Counted from the stretch's first letter, positions 53,176-63,016 are shown. The stretch is DNA of 64,000 nt from an uncultured Afipia sp. (GCA_964384815.1 CAYLLZ010000001.1:971612-1035611), one strand, 5' to 3'. Notes: generated by a model not told the origin, from the letters alone. Made by a program: numbers and translations.

Positions 53176-54287
53176 TTCTCTCCCAAGCCGTGCGCGATAA
53201 CCTTGCGCATCACATTCGGCAACGCTTCATCGTCGAGCGTTGCAATTGTCACCCAGCGCATTCCCGCGGGCGCCTTGGTGCGCGGCGGCACCTTCGCCGT
53301 GTAGACCACAAGCTCGAGCGGGAAATGCGTGAACACATGCGTCACCACACCGACCTTGCGATGCCAGCGCACGCCCACGCCGACTGCAGGCGCCTGCTTG
53401 CGGGCGATGGCGTCCTCCTGCCCGGCCAGCCATTCGCTGGTCGGCACTTCGGTCATGCCGCCGAGCAAACCCTTCGCTTCGCGGGTGCGCACCAGCAATT
53501 CGTTGCCGCGCGTGACGACGAAAGCCGCGCCGCGCCGCAACGCTCCGGTCTTCTTGGGCGCCTTGCGCGGAAACGTCTCCTGATCGCCGCGCCGCAGCGC
53601 CGCGCAATTATCATTGAGCGGACACAGCACGCAGGCCGGCTTCTTCGGCGTGCAGATCGTTGCGCCGAGATCCATCAGCGCCTGCGCTGAGTCTCCGGCG
53701 CGCGCAGGCCCGAGCAAGGTCGCGGCGAGCGATTGAATGGCCGGCTTGGCCTGCGGCAGCGGCTCCTCCACCGCGAACAGGCGCGAGACCACACGCTCGA
53801 TATTGCCATCGACCGGCATGGTGCGGCGGTCGAAGGCGATCGCGGCAATCGCTGCCGCCGTGTAGGGCCCGATGCCGGGCAACGCACGCAAGCCCTCCTC
53901 GGTATCGGGAAAGACGCCGCCATGCGCGCGCGTCACCGTGACCGCGCAGGCATGCAGGTTGCGGGCGCGCGAATAGTAGCCGAGCCCCGCCCACATCCGC
54001 AGCACGTCATCGAGCGAGGCGGTGCCGAGTTCGGTGATGCTCGGCCAGCGCGCGAGAAATTTCATGAAGTAAGGTCCGACCGCCTTCACCGTAGTCTGCT
54101 GCAGCATGATCTCGGACAGCCACACCCGATACGGATCGGCGCTCTCGCCCGGCAGCGCCCGCCAGGGCAGCACGCGGCGATGACGGTCGTACCATTGCAG
54201 CAGCCGCGCGGCGCGATCCGTCGCCGGTTCCGGCGCATCGTCGGCTGAGACTTTCTTTCGCCGTGCGACGGCGCCTGCTAGGGTCAT
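53172..54287 (-). CDS. mutY: A/G-specific adenine DNA glycosylase
   Basis: ..LLQWYDRHRRVLPWR.....DPYRVWLSEIMLQQTTV..V.PYF..F.., a C-x6-C-x2-C-x5-C cluster (..CTPKKPACVLCPLNDNC..) and a NUDIX-like C-terminal domain. ATG at 54287. Confidence 0.85.
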   Translation of the reverse strand: MTLAGAVARRKKVSADDAPEPATDRAARLLQWYDRHRRVLPWRALPGESADPYRVWLSEIMLQQTTVKAVGPYFMKFLARWPSITELGTASLDDVLRMWAGLGYYSRARNLHACAVTVTRAHGGVFPDTEEGLRALPGIGPYTAAAIAAIAFDRRTMPVDGNIERVVSRLFAVEEPLPQAKPAIQSLAATLLGPARAGDSAQALMDLGATICTPKKPACVLCPLNDNCAALRRGDQETFPRKAPKKTGALRRGAAFVVTRGNELLVRTREAKGLLGGMTEVPTSEWLAGQEDAIARKQAPAVGVGVRWHRKVGVVTHVFTHFPLELVVYTAKVPPRTKAPAGMRWVTIATLDDEALPNVMRKVIAHGLGEK

Positions 54288-54368
54288 GCCTTCTTGTAGG
54301 ACATGGACCGCGAAATTGCCTATCGGTTTTCCGGCACATGCCTTTGGCGACATACACATCCACAACCC

Positions 54369-54848
54369 ATGACCAAGCCCGGCCCGATCTCCGCCAAACC
54401 GCTGTCCGTGCTGCTCGGCAAGGTGTTCAGCGACGTGTTCGCGCGGCAGGGGTTCGCCTCCCGCGAACTGGTGACGCGCTGGGCCGATATCGTCGGCGAG
54501 GACATCGCGGCCTTCGCCGAACCGCTCAAGATCCAGTGGCCGCGCCCGGTCGAAGGCCAGCCGGAGGAGCCCGCCACGCTGGTACTGCGGGTCGAAGGGC
54601 CGCGGGCGCTGGAGATCCAGCATTCCTCCACGGTGATCCTGGAACGGGTCAACCGCTTCCTCGGCTGGCATGCGATCGGCCGCCTTGCCTTGCGGCAGGC
54701 GCCGCTGTCCCGGCCGAAGCCGCGCAAGGTGCCGAAGCCGCTTGATCCTGGCGAGGTCGCCAAAGCGGCCGAACAGCTCAGCAGTGTGGACGATGAGGAA
54801 TTGCGCGCCGCGCTGGCGCGGCTCGCCGTCACGATCAAGGGAAATTGA
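54369..54848 (+). CDS. dciA: DUF721/DciA-family protein (putative replicative-helicase operator)
   Basis: ..KPLSVLLGKVF......GFASRELVTRWADIVGEDIAAFAEP..I.......ATLVLRVEGPRALEIQH....ILERVNRFLG..AIGRL..RQ fits the DUF721 pattern. Divergent from mutY. Confidence 0.65.
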   Translation: MTKPGPISAKPLSVLLGKVFSDVFARQGFASRELVTRWADIVGEDIAAFAEPLKIQWPRPVEGQPEEPATLVLRVEGPRALEIQHSSTVILERVNRFLGWHAIGRLALRQAPLSRPKPRKVPKPLDPGEVAKAAEQLSSVDDEELRAALARLAVTIKGN

Positions 54849-54968
54849 CGCGGCAGGATATGGCTGCGCCGTGGCCCGCCATTGCCACAATCGCGGTTTC
54901 AAGCTAGCCAGAGTGCCGGTCCGCGCCCATGCGCGGCCATCTTAGTCGTTCAGTCGCCGGAGCCTGCC

Positions 54969-55625
54969 GTGATCATTACCCGCCGCACCTTCTCGCAAGC
55001 CCTCCTGTTCACCGGCGCGGCCGCCGCGCTCGGGATTTCGCCGTGGCATCTGTTCACGCAGGCTTACGCGCAGTCGCCGGAAGCGATCGCCAAGCCGAGC
55101 ATGCTGGGCGACATGGCGATGGGCAACAAGGACGCGCCGGTCACCATCATCGAATACGCCTCGATGACCTGCCCGCATTGCGCGGCCTTTACCCACGACG
55201 TGTTTCCGAAGCTGAAGGCGCAGTACATCGACACCGGCAAGGTGCGGTTCATCTTCCGCGAATTCCCGCTCGATCAGGCCGCCCTCGCCGCTTCGGCGCT
55301 GGCGCGCTGCGTCGCCAAGGATGACTCAGCGAAGTATTTCGCGCTGATCGACATCCTGTTCAAACAGCAGAACGAACTCGCCAGCGATCCTTTCGCCACC
55401 ATCAACCGCGTCGGCAAGCAGGCCGGCTTCACCGAACAGATGATCAAGGCCTGCGTGCAGGACGACCAGACGGTGCAGAAGGGCATCCTCACCGACCGGC
55501 AATATGCCGCCGACACGCTGAAGGTGAACTCGACGCCGAGCTTCTTCGTCAATGGAACCCTGGTGAAGGGCGAAACCTCGCTTGAAGGCTTCGAGAAGCT
55601 GATCAAGCCGCTGCTCAAGAGCTGA
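54969..55625 (+). CDS. DsbA-family thiol:disulfide oxidoreductase
   Basis: CPHC active site (..YASMTCPHCAAF..). An N-terminal ..ITRRTFSQALLFTGAAAALG.. signal suggests the GTG at 54969 as the start. Confidence 0.8.
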   Translation: MIITRRTFSQALLFTGAAAALGISPWHLFTQAYAQSPEAIAKPSMLGDMAMGNKDAPVTIIEYASMTCPHCAAFTHDVFPKLKAQYIDTGKVRFIFREFPLDQAALAASALARCVAKDDSAKYFALIDILFKQQNELASDPFATINRVGKQAGFTEQMIKACVQDDQTVQKGILTDRQYAADTLKVNSTPSFFVNGTLVKGETSLEGFEKLIKPLLKS

Positions 55626-55731
55626 TCGCTGCGCGAAGCGCGGACAACGGCCTGACAACACACGCAATTTCAGAGCCTGCCGGGGCGTGGCACAACCGTC
55701 CGCCGGCCGGTTTTGCGTGCCCTGACATAAA

Positions 55732-55740
55732 TTATCCACA
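55732..55740 (+). promoter_or_regulatory. perfect DnaA box TTATCCACA
   Basis: Exact 9-mer consensus, immediately followed by a GANTC site (GACTC, 55742-55746), in the dsbA-smc spacer. Confidence 0.4.
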
Positions 55741-55785
55741 CGACTCACGTCACAAGCGTGCAGCGTACGGGTTCAGGTTCCCGGT

Positions 55786-55794
55786 TTATCCGCA
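55786..55794 (+). promoter_or_regulatory. near-consensus DnaA box TTATCCGCA
   Basis: One mismatch to TTATCCACA, same orientation, 54 bp from the perfect box. It abuts the palindrome GAATTCCttctGGAATTC (55797-55814). Confidence 0.3.
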
Positions 55795-55977
55795 TTGAAT
55801 TCCTTCTGGAATTCCCTTGGGAAAAGCCGTGCGGAGGCGTTGCCCTCGCCTGCCGGCCTCGCCATTGTCCGGCTCCATGAGGCGCGTTCCGCGACTCAAC
55901 CTCCGCTGGTAGGATCAGCAATGGCGTCGCCAGTGTCCTTGTTTTGAACGCTTGAACGCCAACCGAGTACCCATCGC

Positions 55978-58900
55978 ATGAAACTGACGCGCCTTCGCCT
56001 TCATGGATTCAAATCGTTCGTCGAGCCGACCGACTTCCTGATCGAGCCCGGCCTGACCGGCGTGGTCGGCCCGAACGGTTGCGGCAAATCCAATCTGGTC
56101 GAAGCGCTGCGCTGGGCGATGGGCGAGACCTCCTACAAATCGCTGCGCGCTTCCGACATGGATGCGGTGATCTTCGCCGGCTCCGGCAACCGCCCCGCGC
56201 GCAACCATGCCGAAGTGGTGATGACGATCGACAACACCGACCGCTCGGCGCCGTCGTCGGTGAACGATCAGGAAATGCTCGAAGTCTCGCGCCGGATCGA
56301 GCGCGAGGCAGGTTCGGTCTATCGCATCAACGGCAAGGATGTCCGCGCGCGCGACGTACAGATCCTGTTCGCCGACGCCGCCACCGGCGCGCGCTCTCCC
56401 GCGCTGGTCCACCAGGGCAAGATCGGCGAGATCATCCAGGCCCGTCCCGACCAGCGCCGCCGCGTGCTGGAAGACGCCGCCGGCGTCGCCGGCCTGCATG
56501 CCCGCCGCCACGAGGCCGAACTGCGACTGAAGGCGGCGGAGACCAACCTCACCCGCGTCGAGGACGTGATCGGCCAATTGTCGAGCCAGATGGACGGCCT
56601 CAAGCGTCAGGCGCGGCAGGCGATCCGCTACCGCGAAGTCGCCGCCAAGGTGCGTAAGGCCGAAGCGCTGCTCTATCACCTGCGCTGGCTTCAGGCGCAT
56701 GCCGATGTCGGCGAGGCCGGCAAGACCCACGACCTCACCGTGCGCGATCTCGCCGAACGCACCCGCGAGCAGGCGGAAGCCGCGCGCATTCAGGCGATCC
56801 GCGCCTCCGAACTGCCCGGCCTGCGCGAGAACGAAGCCCGCGCCGCCGCCGGCCTGCAACGCCTGACCAATGCGCGCGAGGCGCTGGAAGGCGAGGAGCA
56901 GCGCGCCAAGGAGCGCGTCGCCGAGCTCGACCGCCGGCTTACCCAGTTTGCCGCCGATATCGAGCGCGAGCAGCGCCAGATGTCGGACGCCGATGTCGCC
57001 TTGCAGCGGCTCGATGCCGAGGATGCGGGCCTCAAGGAAGAGATCAAGTCGCGCGTCGAAAAGCGCAGCGGCACCGAGGAGCGCGTCTCGGAAGCCGAGA
57101 CCACGCTGGCCGCCGCGGAGCGCACCTTCTCCGAACTGACCACCGAACTTGCTCGCCTCACTGCGCAACGCACCCAGTTCGAAGCCAATGTGCGCACGCA
57201 CCGCGATCGCCTCGCGCGCATCGATCAGGACATCGCCAATGTTCAGCGCGACGTCGAGCGGCTGAACGCCGAGACCGGCAGCCTCGGCGATCTCGAAGCG
57301 CTGGCGCAGGCGATGGAGGCTGCGCAGCAGAAACTCGCGCAGTCCGGCACCGCCGTGCAGGAGGCCGAAGCCGCCCACGCCGCCGCGCGCAGCAAGCTCG
57401 ATGCCTCGCGCGCACCGGTGGTGGAAGCCGACAAGCGCGTGCAGCGGCTGGAGACCGAAGCCAAGACCATCGCCAAGCTGGTCAATGGTGAGACCAAGAA
57501 TTTGTGGCCGCCGATCATCGACGGCGTCAGCGTCACCAAGGGCTATGAGAAGGCGATCGGCGCGGTGCTCGGCGACGATCTCGATGCGCCGGTCGATCCG
57601 TCGGCGCCGATGCGCTGGTCGCATCTCGGCGTGGTCGAGGGTGATCCGGCGTTGCCGGACGGCGTCGAGCCGCTCGCGGCCCATGTGCAGGCGCCGCCGG
57701 AACTGGCGCGCCGCCTTGCCCAGATCGGCGTCGTCGCCAAGGAGCGCGGCGCCGAGCTGATCGCGCAACTCAAGACCGGCCAGCGGCTGGTGTCGCTGGA
57801 AGGCGACGTCTGGCGCTGGGACGGTTTCGTCGCCGCGGCGCATGCGCCGACCGGCGCGGCCCGCCGCCTCGCCGAACGCGCCCGCCTCAAGGACATCGAG
57901 GCCGAACTCGATCAGGCCCGCATTGATGCCGGCACGAAGCGTCAGGCGCTCGAAACCGCCGATGCCGAGCAGAAGGCCGCCTCCGCCGCGGAATCGGCGG
58001 CGCGCGAAGCCGCCCGTGCCGCCCAGCGCGAGGCCGACGGCGCGCGCGAGCGCCATGCCGCCACCGAACGCGAGATCAACCGCCATGCCTCGCGGCGCTC
58101 GGCGCTGACCGAGGCGCAGGCGCGCCTCACCACCGATCGCGAGGAAGCGAACGCCGCGCATGAGAGCGCGCTGCAGGCCGTCTCCGAACTTCCGGCAAAC
58201 CAGGACACCGAAACCCAGCTTGCTACCGCCCGTACCGAGATGGAGGAGCGGCGCAGGCTCGCCGCGCAGGTCCGCGCCGAAGCGCAGGCGCTGGCGCGCG
58301 AGGCCGAGCTCGCCGACCGCCGCGTGCAGGCCATTCTCGCCGAACGCGGCGAGTGGCAGGCCCGCAAGGAAAACGGCGCCTCGCAGATCGCCACCATCGA
58401 AGGCCGCATCAACGACGTGAAGACCGAGCGCGCCACGCTCGACGACGCGCCGGCGATGTTCGCCGAGAAGCGCCGCGCGCTGATCAGCGAGATCGAGGCC
58501 GCGGAAGCCGCCCGCCGCACCGCCGCCGATGCGCTTGCCGCCGCTGAAAACGTGATGGCGGAAACCGACCGCGCCGCCCGCGCTTCGCTCGAGGCGCTCT
58601 CCGCCGCGCGCGAGGCTACCGCCCGCGCCGAAGAACGCATGGAAGGCGCCAAGCGCCGGCTTGAGGATATCGAGCGCGAAATTCGCGAGATGCTCGAAGT
58701 CGAACCGCAGGGCGTCGCCGCGATGGCCGAGCTCACGCCGGAGAGCGAACCGCCGCCGGTCGCCGAGGTGGAAGCCGACCTTGAGAAGCTGCGGCGCGAT
58801 CGCGAACGGCTCGGCGCCGTCAATCTGCGTGCCGAGGAAGAACTGCGCGAGGTCGAGGCCCAGCATGGCAGCCTCACCACCGAGCGCGACGACCTTGTCG

Positions 58901-59442
58901 AGGCGATCAAGAAGCTGCGCACCGGCATCCAGAGCCTGAACCGGGAAGCGCGCGAGCGCCTCACCACCTCGTTCGAGACGGTCAACGCTCACTTCAAGCG
59001 GCTGTTCACCGAACTGTTCGGCGGCGGCCAGGCCGAGCTGCAACTGATCGAGAGCGACGATCCACTCGAGGCGGGCCTTGAGATCGTCGCCAAGCCGCCG
59101 GGCAAGAAGCCGCAGACGCTGTCGCTGCTCTCCGGCGGCGAGCAGGCGCTGACCGCGCTGGCGCTGATCTTCGCGGTGTTCCTCACCAATCCCTCGCCGA
59201 TCTGCGTGCTGGACGAAGTCGACGCGCCGCTCGACGACCACAATGTCGAGCGCTTCTGCAACCTGCTGCACGAAATGACCGGCTCGACCGAGACCCGCTT
59301 CATCATCATCACGCACAATCCGATCACGATGGCGCGGATGAACCGGCTGTTCGGCGTCACCATGGCTGAGCGCGGCGTCTCGCAGCTCGTCTCGGTCGAT
59401 CTCGACGGCGCGATGAAGGTGCTCGACCAGAACGTGGCGTGA
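55978..59442 (+). CDS. smc: chromosome segregation protein SMC
   Basis: 1154 aa. Walker A ..GPNGCGKSN.., long coiled coils, a hinge, a C-terminal ..LSGGE.ALTALAL.FA.. signature motif and ..LDEVDAPLDD.. Walker B. Confidence 0.95.
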   Translation: MKLTRLRLHGFKSFVEPTDFLIEPGLTGVVGPNGCGKSNLVEALRWAMGETSYKSLRASDMDAVIFAGSGNRPARNHAEVVMTIDNTDRSAPSSVNDQEMLEVSRRIEREAGSVYRINGKDVRARDVQILFADAATGARSPALVHQGKIGEIIQARPDQRRRVLEDAAGVAGLHARRHEAELRLKAAETNLTRVEDVIGQLSSQMDGLKRQARQAIRYREVAAKVRKAEALLYHLRWLQAHADVGEAGKTHDLTVRDLAERTREQAEAARIQAIRASELPGLRENEARAAAGLQRLTNAREALEGEEQRAKERVAELDRRLTQFAADIEREQRQMSDADVALQRLDAEDAGLKEEIKSRVEKRSGTEERVSEAETTLAAAERTFSELTTELARLTAQRTQFEANVRTHRDRLARIDQDIANVQRDVERLNAETGSLGDLEALAQAMEAAQQKLAQSGTAVQEAEAAHAAARSKLDASRAPVVEADKRVQRLETEAKTIAKLVNGETKNLWPPIIDGVSVTKGYEKAIGAVLGDDLDAPVDPSAPMRWSHLGVVEGDPALPDGVEPLAAHVQAPPELARRLAQIGVVAKERGAELIAQLKTGQRLVSLEGDVWRWDGFVAAAHAPTGAARRLAERARLKDIEAELDQARIDAGTKRQALETADAEQKAASAAESAAREAARAAQREADGARERHAATEREINRHASRRSALTEAQARLTTDREEANAAHESALQAVSELPANQDTETQLATARTEMEERRRLAAQVRAEAQALAREAELADRRVQAILAERGEWQARKENGASQIATIEGRINDVKTERATLDDAPAMFAEKRRALISEIEAAEAARRTAADALAAAENVMAETDRAARASLEALSAAREATARAEERMEGAKRRLEDIEREIREMLEVEPQGVAAMAELTPESEPPPVAEVEADLEKLRRDRERLGAVNLRAEEELREVEAQHGSLTTERDDLVEAIKKLRTGIQSLNREARERLTTSFETVNAHFKRLFTELFGGGQAELQLIESDDPLEAGLEIVAKPPGKKPQTLSLLSGGEQALTALALIFAVFLTNPSPICVLDEVDAPLDDHNVERFCNLLHEMTGSTETRFIIITHNPITMARMNRLFGVTMAERGVSQLVSVDLDGAMKVLDQNVA

Positions 59443-59484
59443 CGGCTCCTTCGAAACCCTCTCGAGCGCCTGAGCACATTCCAT

Positions 59485-59575
59485 CGTCATGCCCGCGCTT
59501 GTCGCGGGCATCCACGTCTTGATGACGCTTTACAGGCAAAGACGTGGATGGCCGGGACAAAGCCCGGCCATGACA
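59485..59575. repeat. family A nested-palindromic repeat, canonical intergenic copy
   Basis: CGTCATGCCCGCGCTTGTCGCGGGCATCCACGTCTT ... AAGACGTGGATGGCCGGGACAAAGCCCGGCCATGACA, 43 nt after the smc stop. Confidence 0.7.
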
Positions 59576-59607
59576 AAGTTCGATGGGCCGGCTACCCTCG
59601 AAACATC

Positions 59608-60612
59608 ATGCCCTCCTTCGCCCTTCCCTCCAAACTGAAAGCCGCACTCGATCGCAAGATCGAAGGTCTGTCGCGTAACGACGCGGCGCGGCGGGCGAGC
59701 GCCATCTCGCAGAGCTATCGCAGCGGCGGCAACTCACATTTGATCCGCACGGAAGTCGATGCCCTGGCCTATGCGCTGGCGCGGATGCCGGCGACCTTCG
59801 CCGCGACCGCCGCTGGCCTCGATGCCCTGCAAGTGCAGTGTCCGGATTTCGCGCCGCGCAGCCTGCTCGATGTCGGCGCCGGACCCGGCACCGCAAGCTG
59901 GGCTGCGGCGAGTGCCTTCCCGACACTCGGCAGCTTTACATTGCTTGACGCCAACGCCGCCTTGCGCGCGCTGGCGATCGATCTTGCCGCCGGCGACGCG
60001 CGGCTGGCGTCCTTGAGCTATCGGCACGGCGAGGCGCTGCGGATCATCGACGATGCACCGGAAGCGGATCTGGTGATCGCGAGCTATGTCATCAATGAAC
60101 TCGGCGACAATGACCGCGCCGCGCTGGCCGAAAAGCTCTGGCAGAAGACCCGCGGTGCGCTGCTGGTGGTCGAGCCCGGCACACCAGCCGGCTATGCCCG
60201 CATCATCGCGCTGCGCGATGCGCTGATCGCCAAAGGCGCGCATGTGATCGCACCCTGTCCGCACGATCGCGCGTGCCCGCTGACGCCGCCGGACTGGTGC
60301 CATTTCTCGCAGCGCCTGGCCCGATCGCGGGCGCATAAACACCTCAAGGGCGCGGACCTTCCCTTCGAGGACGAAAGATTTTCCTATGTCGGTTTATCGC
60401 GCACGCCGCCCGCGCAGCATCCCTCCCGCGTTTTGTCGCAGCCTGCGCTGACAAAAATCGCGGTGACAGCGAAACTTTGCACGCCGGACGGCATTAGGAC
60501 AGCGGTCGTCCCCCGCCGGGACAAGAACGGTTACGCCGCCGCCCGCAAATGGGATTGGGGCGATGCGGTAACGGAAACTCCGCGCGACCAGGCCGGAATA
60601 ATTCTACCGTAG
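59608..60612 (+). CDS. Rsm22-family (COG5459) SAM-dependent methyltransferase
   Basis: ..LLDVGAGPGTASWAA.. SAM motif and a C-terminal Cys cluster (..CPHDRACPL....WCHF..), as in Rsm22-like proteins. ATG at 59608 was chosen because the 59548 track start lies inside the repeat. Confidence 0.7.
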   Translation: MPSFALPSKLKAALDRKIEGLSRNDAARRASAISQSYRSGGNSHLIRTEVDALAYALARMPATFAATAAGLDALQVQCPDFAPRSLLDVGAGPGTASWAAASAFPTLGSFTLLDANAALRALAIDLAAGDARLASLSYRHGEALRIIDDAPEADLVIASYVINELGDNDRAALAEKLWQKTRGALLVVEPGTPAGYARIIALRDALIAKGAHVIAPCPHDRACPLTPPDWCHFSQRLARSRAHKHLKGADLPFEDERFSYVGLSRTPPAQHPSRVLSQPALTKIAVTAKLCTPDGIRTAVVPRRDKNGYAAARKWDWGDAVTETPRDQAGIILP

Positions 60613-60668
60613 CGGAGTTCTCCTGTGAGACGCGTTCGCGTCCCGGTTTTCATCAGGAGTAAAGCTGC

Positions 60669-61058
60669 ATGTCCAAGTCCAAGACATTCGCCGCAGTTGC
60701 GGCGCTGACTCTCTTCACCGCGGCGGCCGCATTGGCACAGGCAATGCCGGCCAAGGTGGCCGACACCGCCAAGGGCAAGGCCTATGTCGATGCCAAGGGC
60801 ATGACCCTTTACACCTTCGACAAGGATTCTGCCGGCAAATCCGCCTGCAACGGCCCGTGCGCCGTCAACTGGCCGCCGCTGATGGCCACCGCCGATGCCA
60901 AGGCCTCCGGCGACTGGACCGTGGTCGCCCGCGACGACGGCAGCAAGATGTGGGCCTACAAGGGCAAACCGCTCTACACGTTCAAGAACGACACCAAGGC
61001 CGGCGACACCAATGGCGACGGCTTCCTGAACGGTGCCTGGCACATCGCCAAGCCCTGA
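60669..61058 (+). CDS. secreted COG4315-type protein (tandem Yx[FWY]xxD repeat lipoprotein family)
   Basis: Signal peptide, then ..GMTLYTFDKDSAGKSACNGPCAVNWPP.. and ..GKPLYTFKNDTKAGDTNGDG.. repeats. Confidence 0.65.
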   Translation: MSKSKTFAAVAALTLFTAAAALAQAMPAKVADTAKGKAYVDAKGMTLYTFDKDSAGKSACNGPCAVNWPPLMATADAKASGDWTVVARDDGSKMWAYKGKPLYTFKNDTKAGDTNGDGFLNGAWHIAKP

Positions 61059-61098
61059 TCCGCGACCGGACCATCTGCGAGCACAGCGCAGTCCCGCG

Positions 61099-61127
61099 AC
61101 CCGCCTCCGCAAGGAGGTGGGTTTTTT
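61099..61127 (+). terminator. intrinsic terminator
   Basis: ACCCGCCTCC-gcaa-GGAGGTGGGT followed by TTTTTTG. Confidence 0.65.
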
Positions 61128-61244
61128 GTATCAGATTGAACCTGTTCGCCCCGTGGACAGACCTAACAGCGTCATCCTGCGCCCGCTGCAGAGAATACCT
61201 ATATCTGCTAGAGTGGCGCTTTCGTCCTCAGGGAGTTTGCCTTC

Positions 61245-61805
61245 ATGTCGACCAGCTGGATCGTTCTTGGCATCATCGTCATTCTCGTGCTTTTCGCCTT
61301 CGGCGCCTACAACCGCCTCGTGGCGCTGTCCCAGCGGGTCAATCAGGCGTTCGCGGACATCGACGTCCAGCTCAAGCAGCGCCACGATCTCATCCCCAAT
61401 CTGGTCGAGACGGTGAAGGGCTACGCCACCCACGAACGCGGCACGCTCGACGACGTGGTGAAGGCGCGCAACGCCGCGCTGTCGGCGCAGGGACCGGCGC
61501 AGGTCTCCGCCGCCGAAGCCCAGCTCAGCGGCGCGCTCGGCCGTCTGATCGCGCTGGCGGAGGCCTATCCAGATCTGAAGGCCAACGCCAACTTCCAGCA
61601 ATTGCAGAGCGAACTGTCGGACATCGAAAACAAGATCGCCGCCAGCCGCCGTTTCTTCAACAACGCGGTGCAGGAATACAACACGGGCATCCAGCAGATG
61701 CCGGCGGCGCTGTTCGCGGGCATGTTCGGCTTCACCCGCAAGGATTTCTTCGACCTCGGCGAGAGCCGCGGCCAGCTCGAGCAGGCGCCTTCGGTCAAGT
61801 TCTGA
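61245..61805 (+). CDS. lemA: LemA-family protein
   Basis: N-terminal TM helix, then ..YNRLV.L...V..AF..IDVQLKQRHDLIPNLVETVKGYA.HE..TL..V..AR.. is canonical LemA. Confidence 0.85.
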   Translation: MSTSWIVLGIIVILVLFAFGAYNRLVALSQRVNQAFADIDVQLKQRHDLIPNLVETVKGYATHERGTLDDVVKARNAALSAQGPAQVSAAEAQLSGALGRLIALAEAYPDLKANANFQQLQSELSDIENKIAASRRFFNNAVQEYNTGIQQMPAALFAGMFGFTRKDFFDLGESRGQLEQAPSVKF

Positions 61806-61855
61806 CCGTCCGTCCGCCGATCCGCTGACATCGCAATCCGGCAAGGCCGCGCACC

Positions 61856-63016
61856 ATGGCTGCATACGGTCTCTACACGCACATCGCATCGAACAAGACG
61901 CGTTCGATCCTGCTGCTCGCCGGATTGTTCTTCCTGATCTACGTGATGGTGTTCGCCGGCGCGCTGCTGGCCGAGGTGATGAGCGACAGCCGCCTGTCGT
62001 TCGACACCTATATCGCGCTGGCCTTGCGCGATGTCGTCCAGGCGCTGCCCTACGCCACCATCGGCACGGCGATCTGGATCGCGATCGCCTATTTCTTCCA
62101 CCAGACGATCATCGACGCGGTGACCGGCGGCCACGACGTGACGCGGCAGGAGCAGCCACGTCTCTACAATCTGCTGGAGAACCTGTGCATCTCGCGCGGC
62201 ATTCCGATGCCGAAACTCAAGATCATCGACAGCGGCGCGCTCAACGCCTTCGCTTCCGGTCTCAACCGGCGGCAATATGCCATCACGGTGACGACCGGCC
62301 TGCTCGCCGCGCTCGACGATCACGAGGTCGAGGCGGTGCTCGGTCACGAACTGACCCACATCCGCAACGGCGACGTGCAGTTGATGGTGATCGCAGTGAT
62401 CATCGCCGGCGTGATCGGCTTCTTCGCCGAACTGTTCTTCCGCCTGTTCTTCAATTCGGGCTGGAATTTCAGCGGCGTCTCGCCGACGCGCTCGGGCCAT
62501 GACGGCGATCGCAAGGGCGGCGGTGGTGGCGGCGCGGCGATGGCCGTATTCCTGCTGGCGATACTGCTAATTGCGGTGGCGTGGATGCTGTCGCTGGTGG
62601 TGCGGCTGGCGCTGTCGCGCTCGCGCGAATTCCTCGCCGACGCCGGCGCGGTCGAACTTACCAAGAATCCCGACGCCATGATCTCCGCCTTGCGCAAGAT
62701 CGAAGGACGCGGCGAACTGCCGGGCGCGACATCGGCGGTGATGGAGATGTGCCTCGACAATCCGCGTGAGGGATTTGCCGACCTGTTCGCAACTCATCCT
62801 TCCGTCGATGCGCGGGTTGCGGCGCTGGTGCGCTATGCCGGCGGCCACGATCCGGGCCCGCTGCCGTTGCCCGCGCCGGATGCGACCCGCGACGGCATGG
62901 ACGCATCACAACCGCCGCCCTCCGGCCCGTGGAGCGATGCACAGACCTCGCAGACGCCGGCCGCCGGCACCCCGATCGGCCCTTGGGGGCCGCGCCGCTG
63001 GCCCTGGCGGCGCTGA
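61856..63016 (+). CDS. M48-family (HtpX-like) zinc metallopeptidase
   Basis: HELTHIRNGD (HExxH), a Gly-rich linker, additional TM helices, ..EFLADAGAVELT.. and a Pro-rich C-terminal tail. 50 nt downstream of lemA. Confidence 0.85.
   Translation: MAAYGLYTHIASNKTRSILLLAGLFFLIYVMVFAGALLAEVMSDSRLSFDTYIALALRDVVQALPYATIGTAIWIAIAYFFHQTIIDAVTGGHDVTRQEQPRLYNLLENLCISRGIPMPKLKIIDSGALNAFASGLNRRQYAITVTTGLLAALDDHEVEAVLGHELTHIRNGDVQLMVIAVIIAGVIGFFAELFFRLFFNSGWNFSGVSPTRSGHDGDRKGGGGGGAAMAVFLLAILLIAVAWMLSLVVRLALSRSREFLADAGAVELTKNPDAMISALRKIEGRGELPGATSAVMEMCLDNPREGFADLFATHPSVDARVAALVRYAGGHDPGPLPLPAPDATRDGMDASQPPPSGPWSDAQTSQTPAAGTPIGPWGPRRWPWRR

Noticed and set aside
55626-55977. Chromosomal replication origin (oriC) because of the DnaA boxes next to dciA
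   Set aside because: There are only two boxes and no AT-rich unwinding element. There is no cluster of additional boxes or CtrA sites, and the flanking genes are not the usual alphaproteobacterial origin neighbours. It is more likely a regulatory or titration site.
55915-59511. 1198-aa ORF on the - strand
   Set aside because: It is antisense to smc. Its composition (Arg/Gly/Ala/Leu runs) and lack of any motif indicate a GC-driven shadow ORF.
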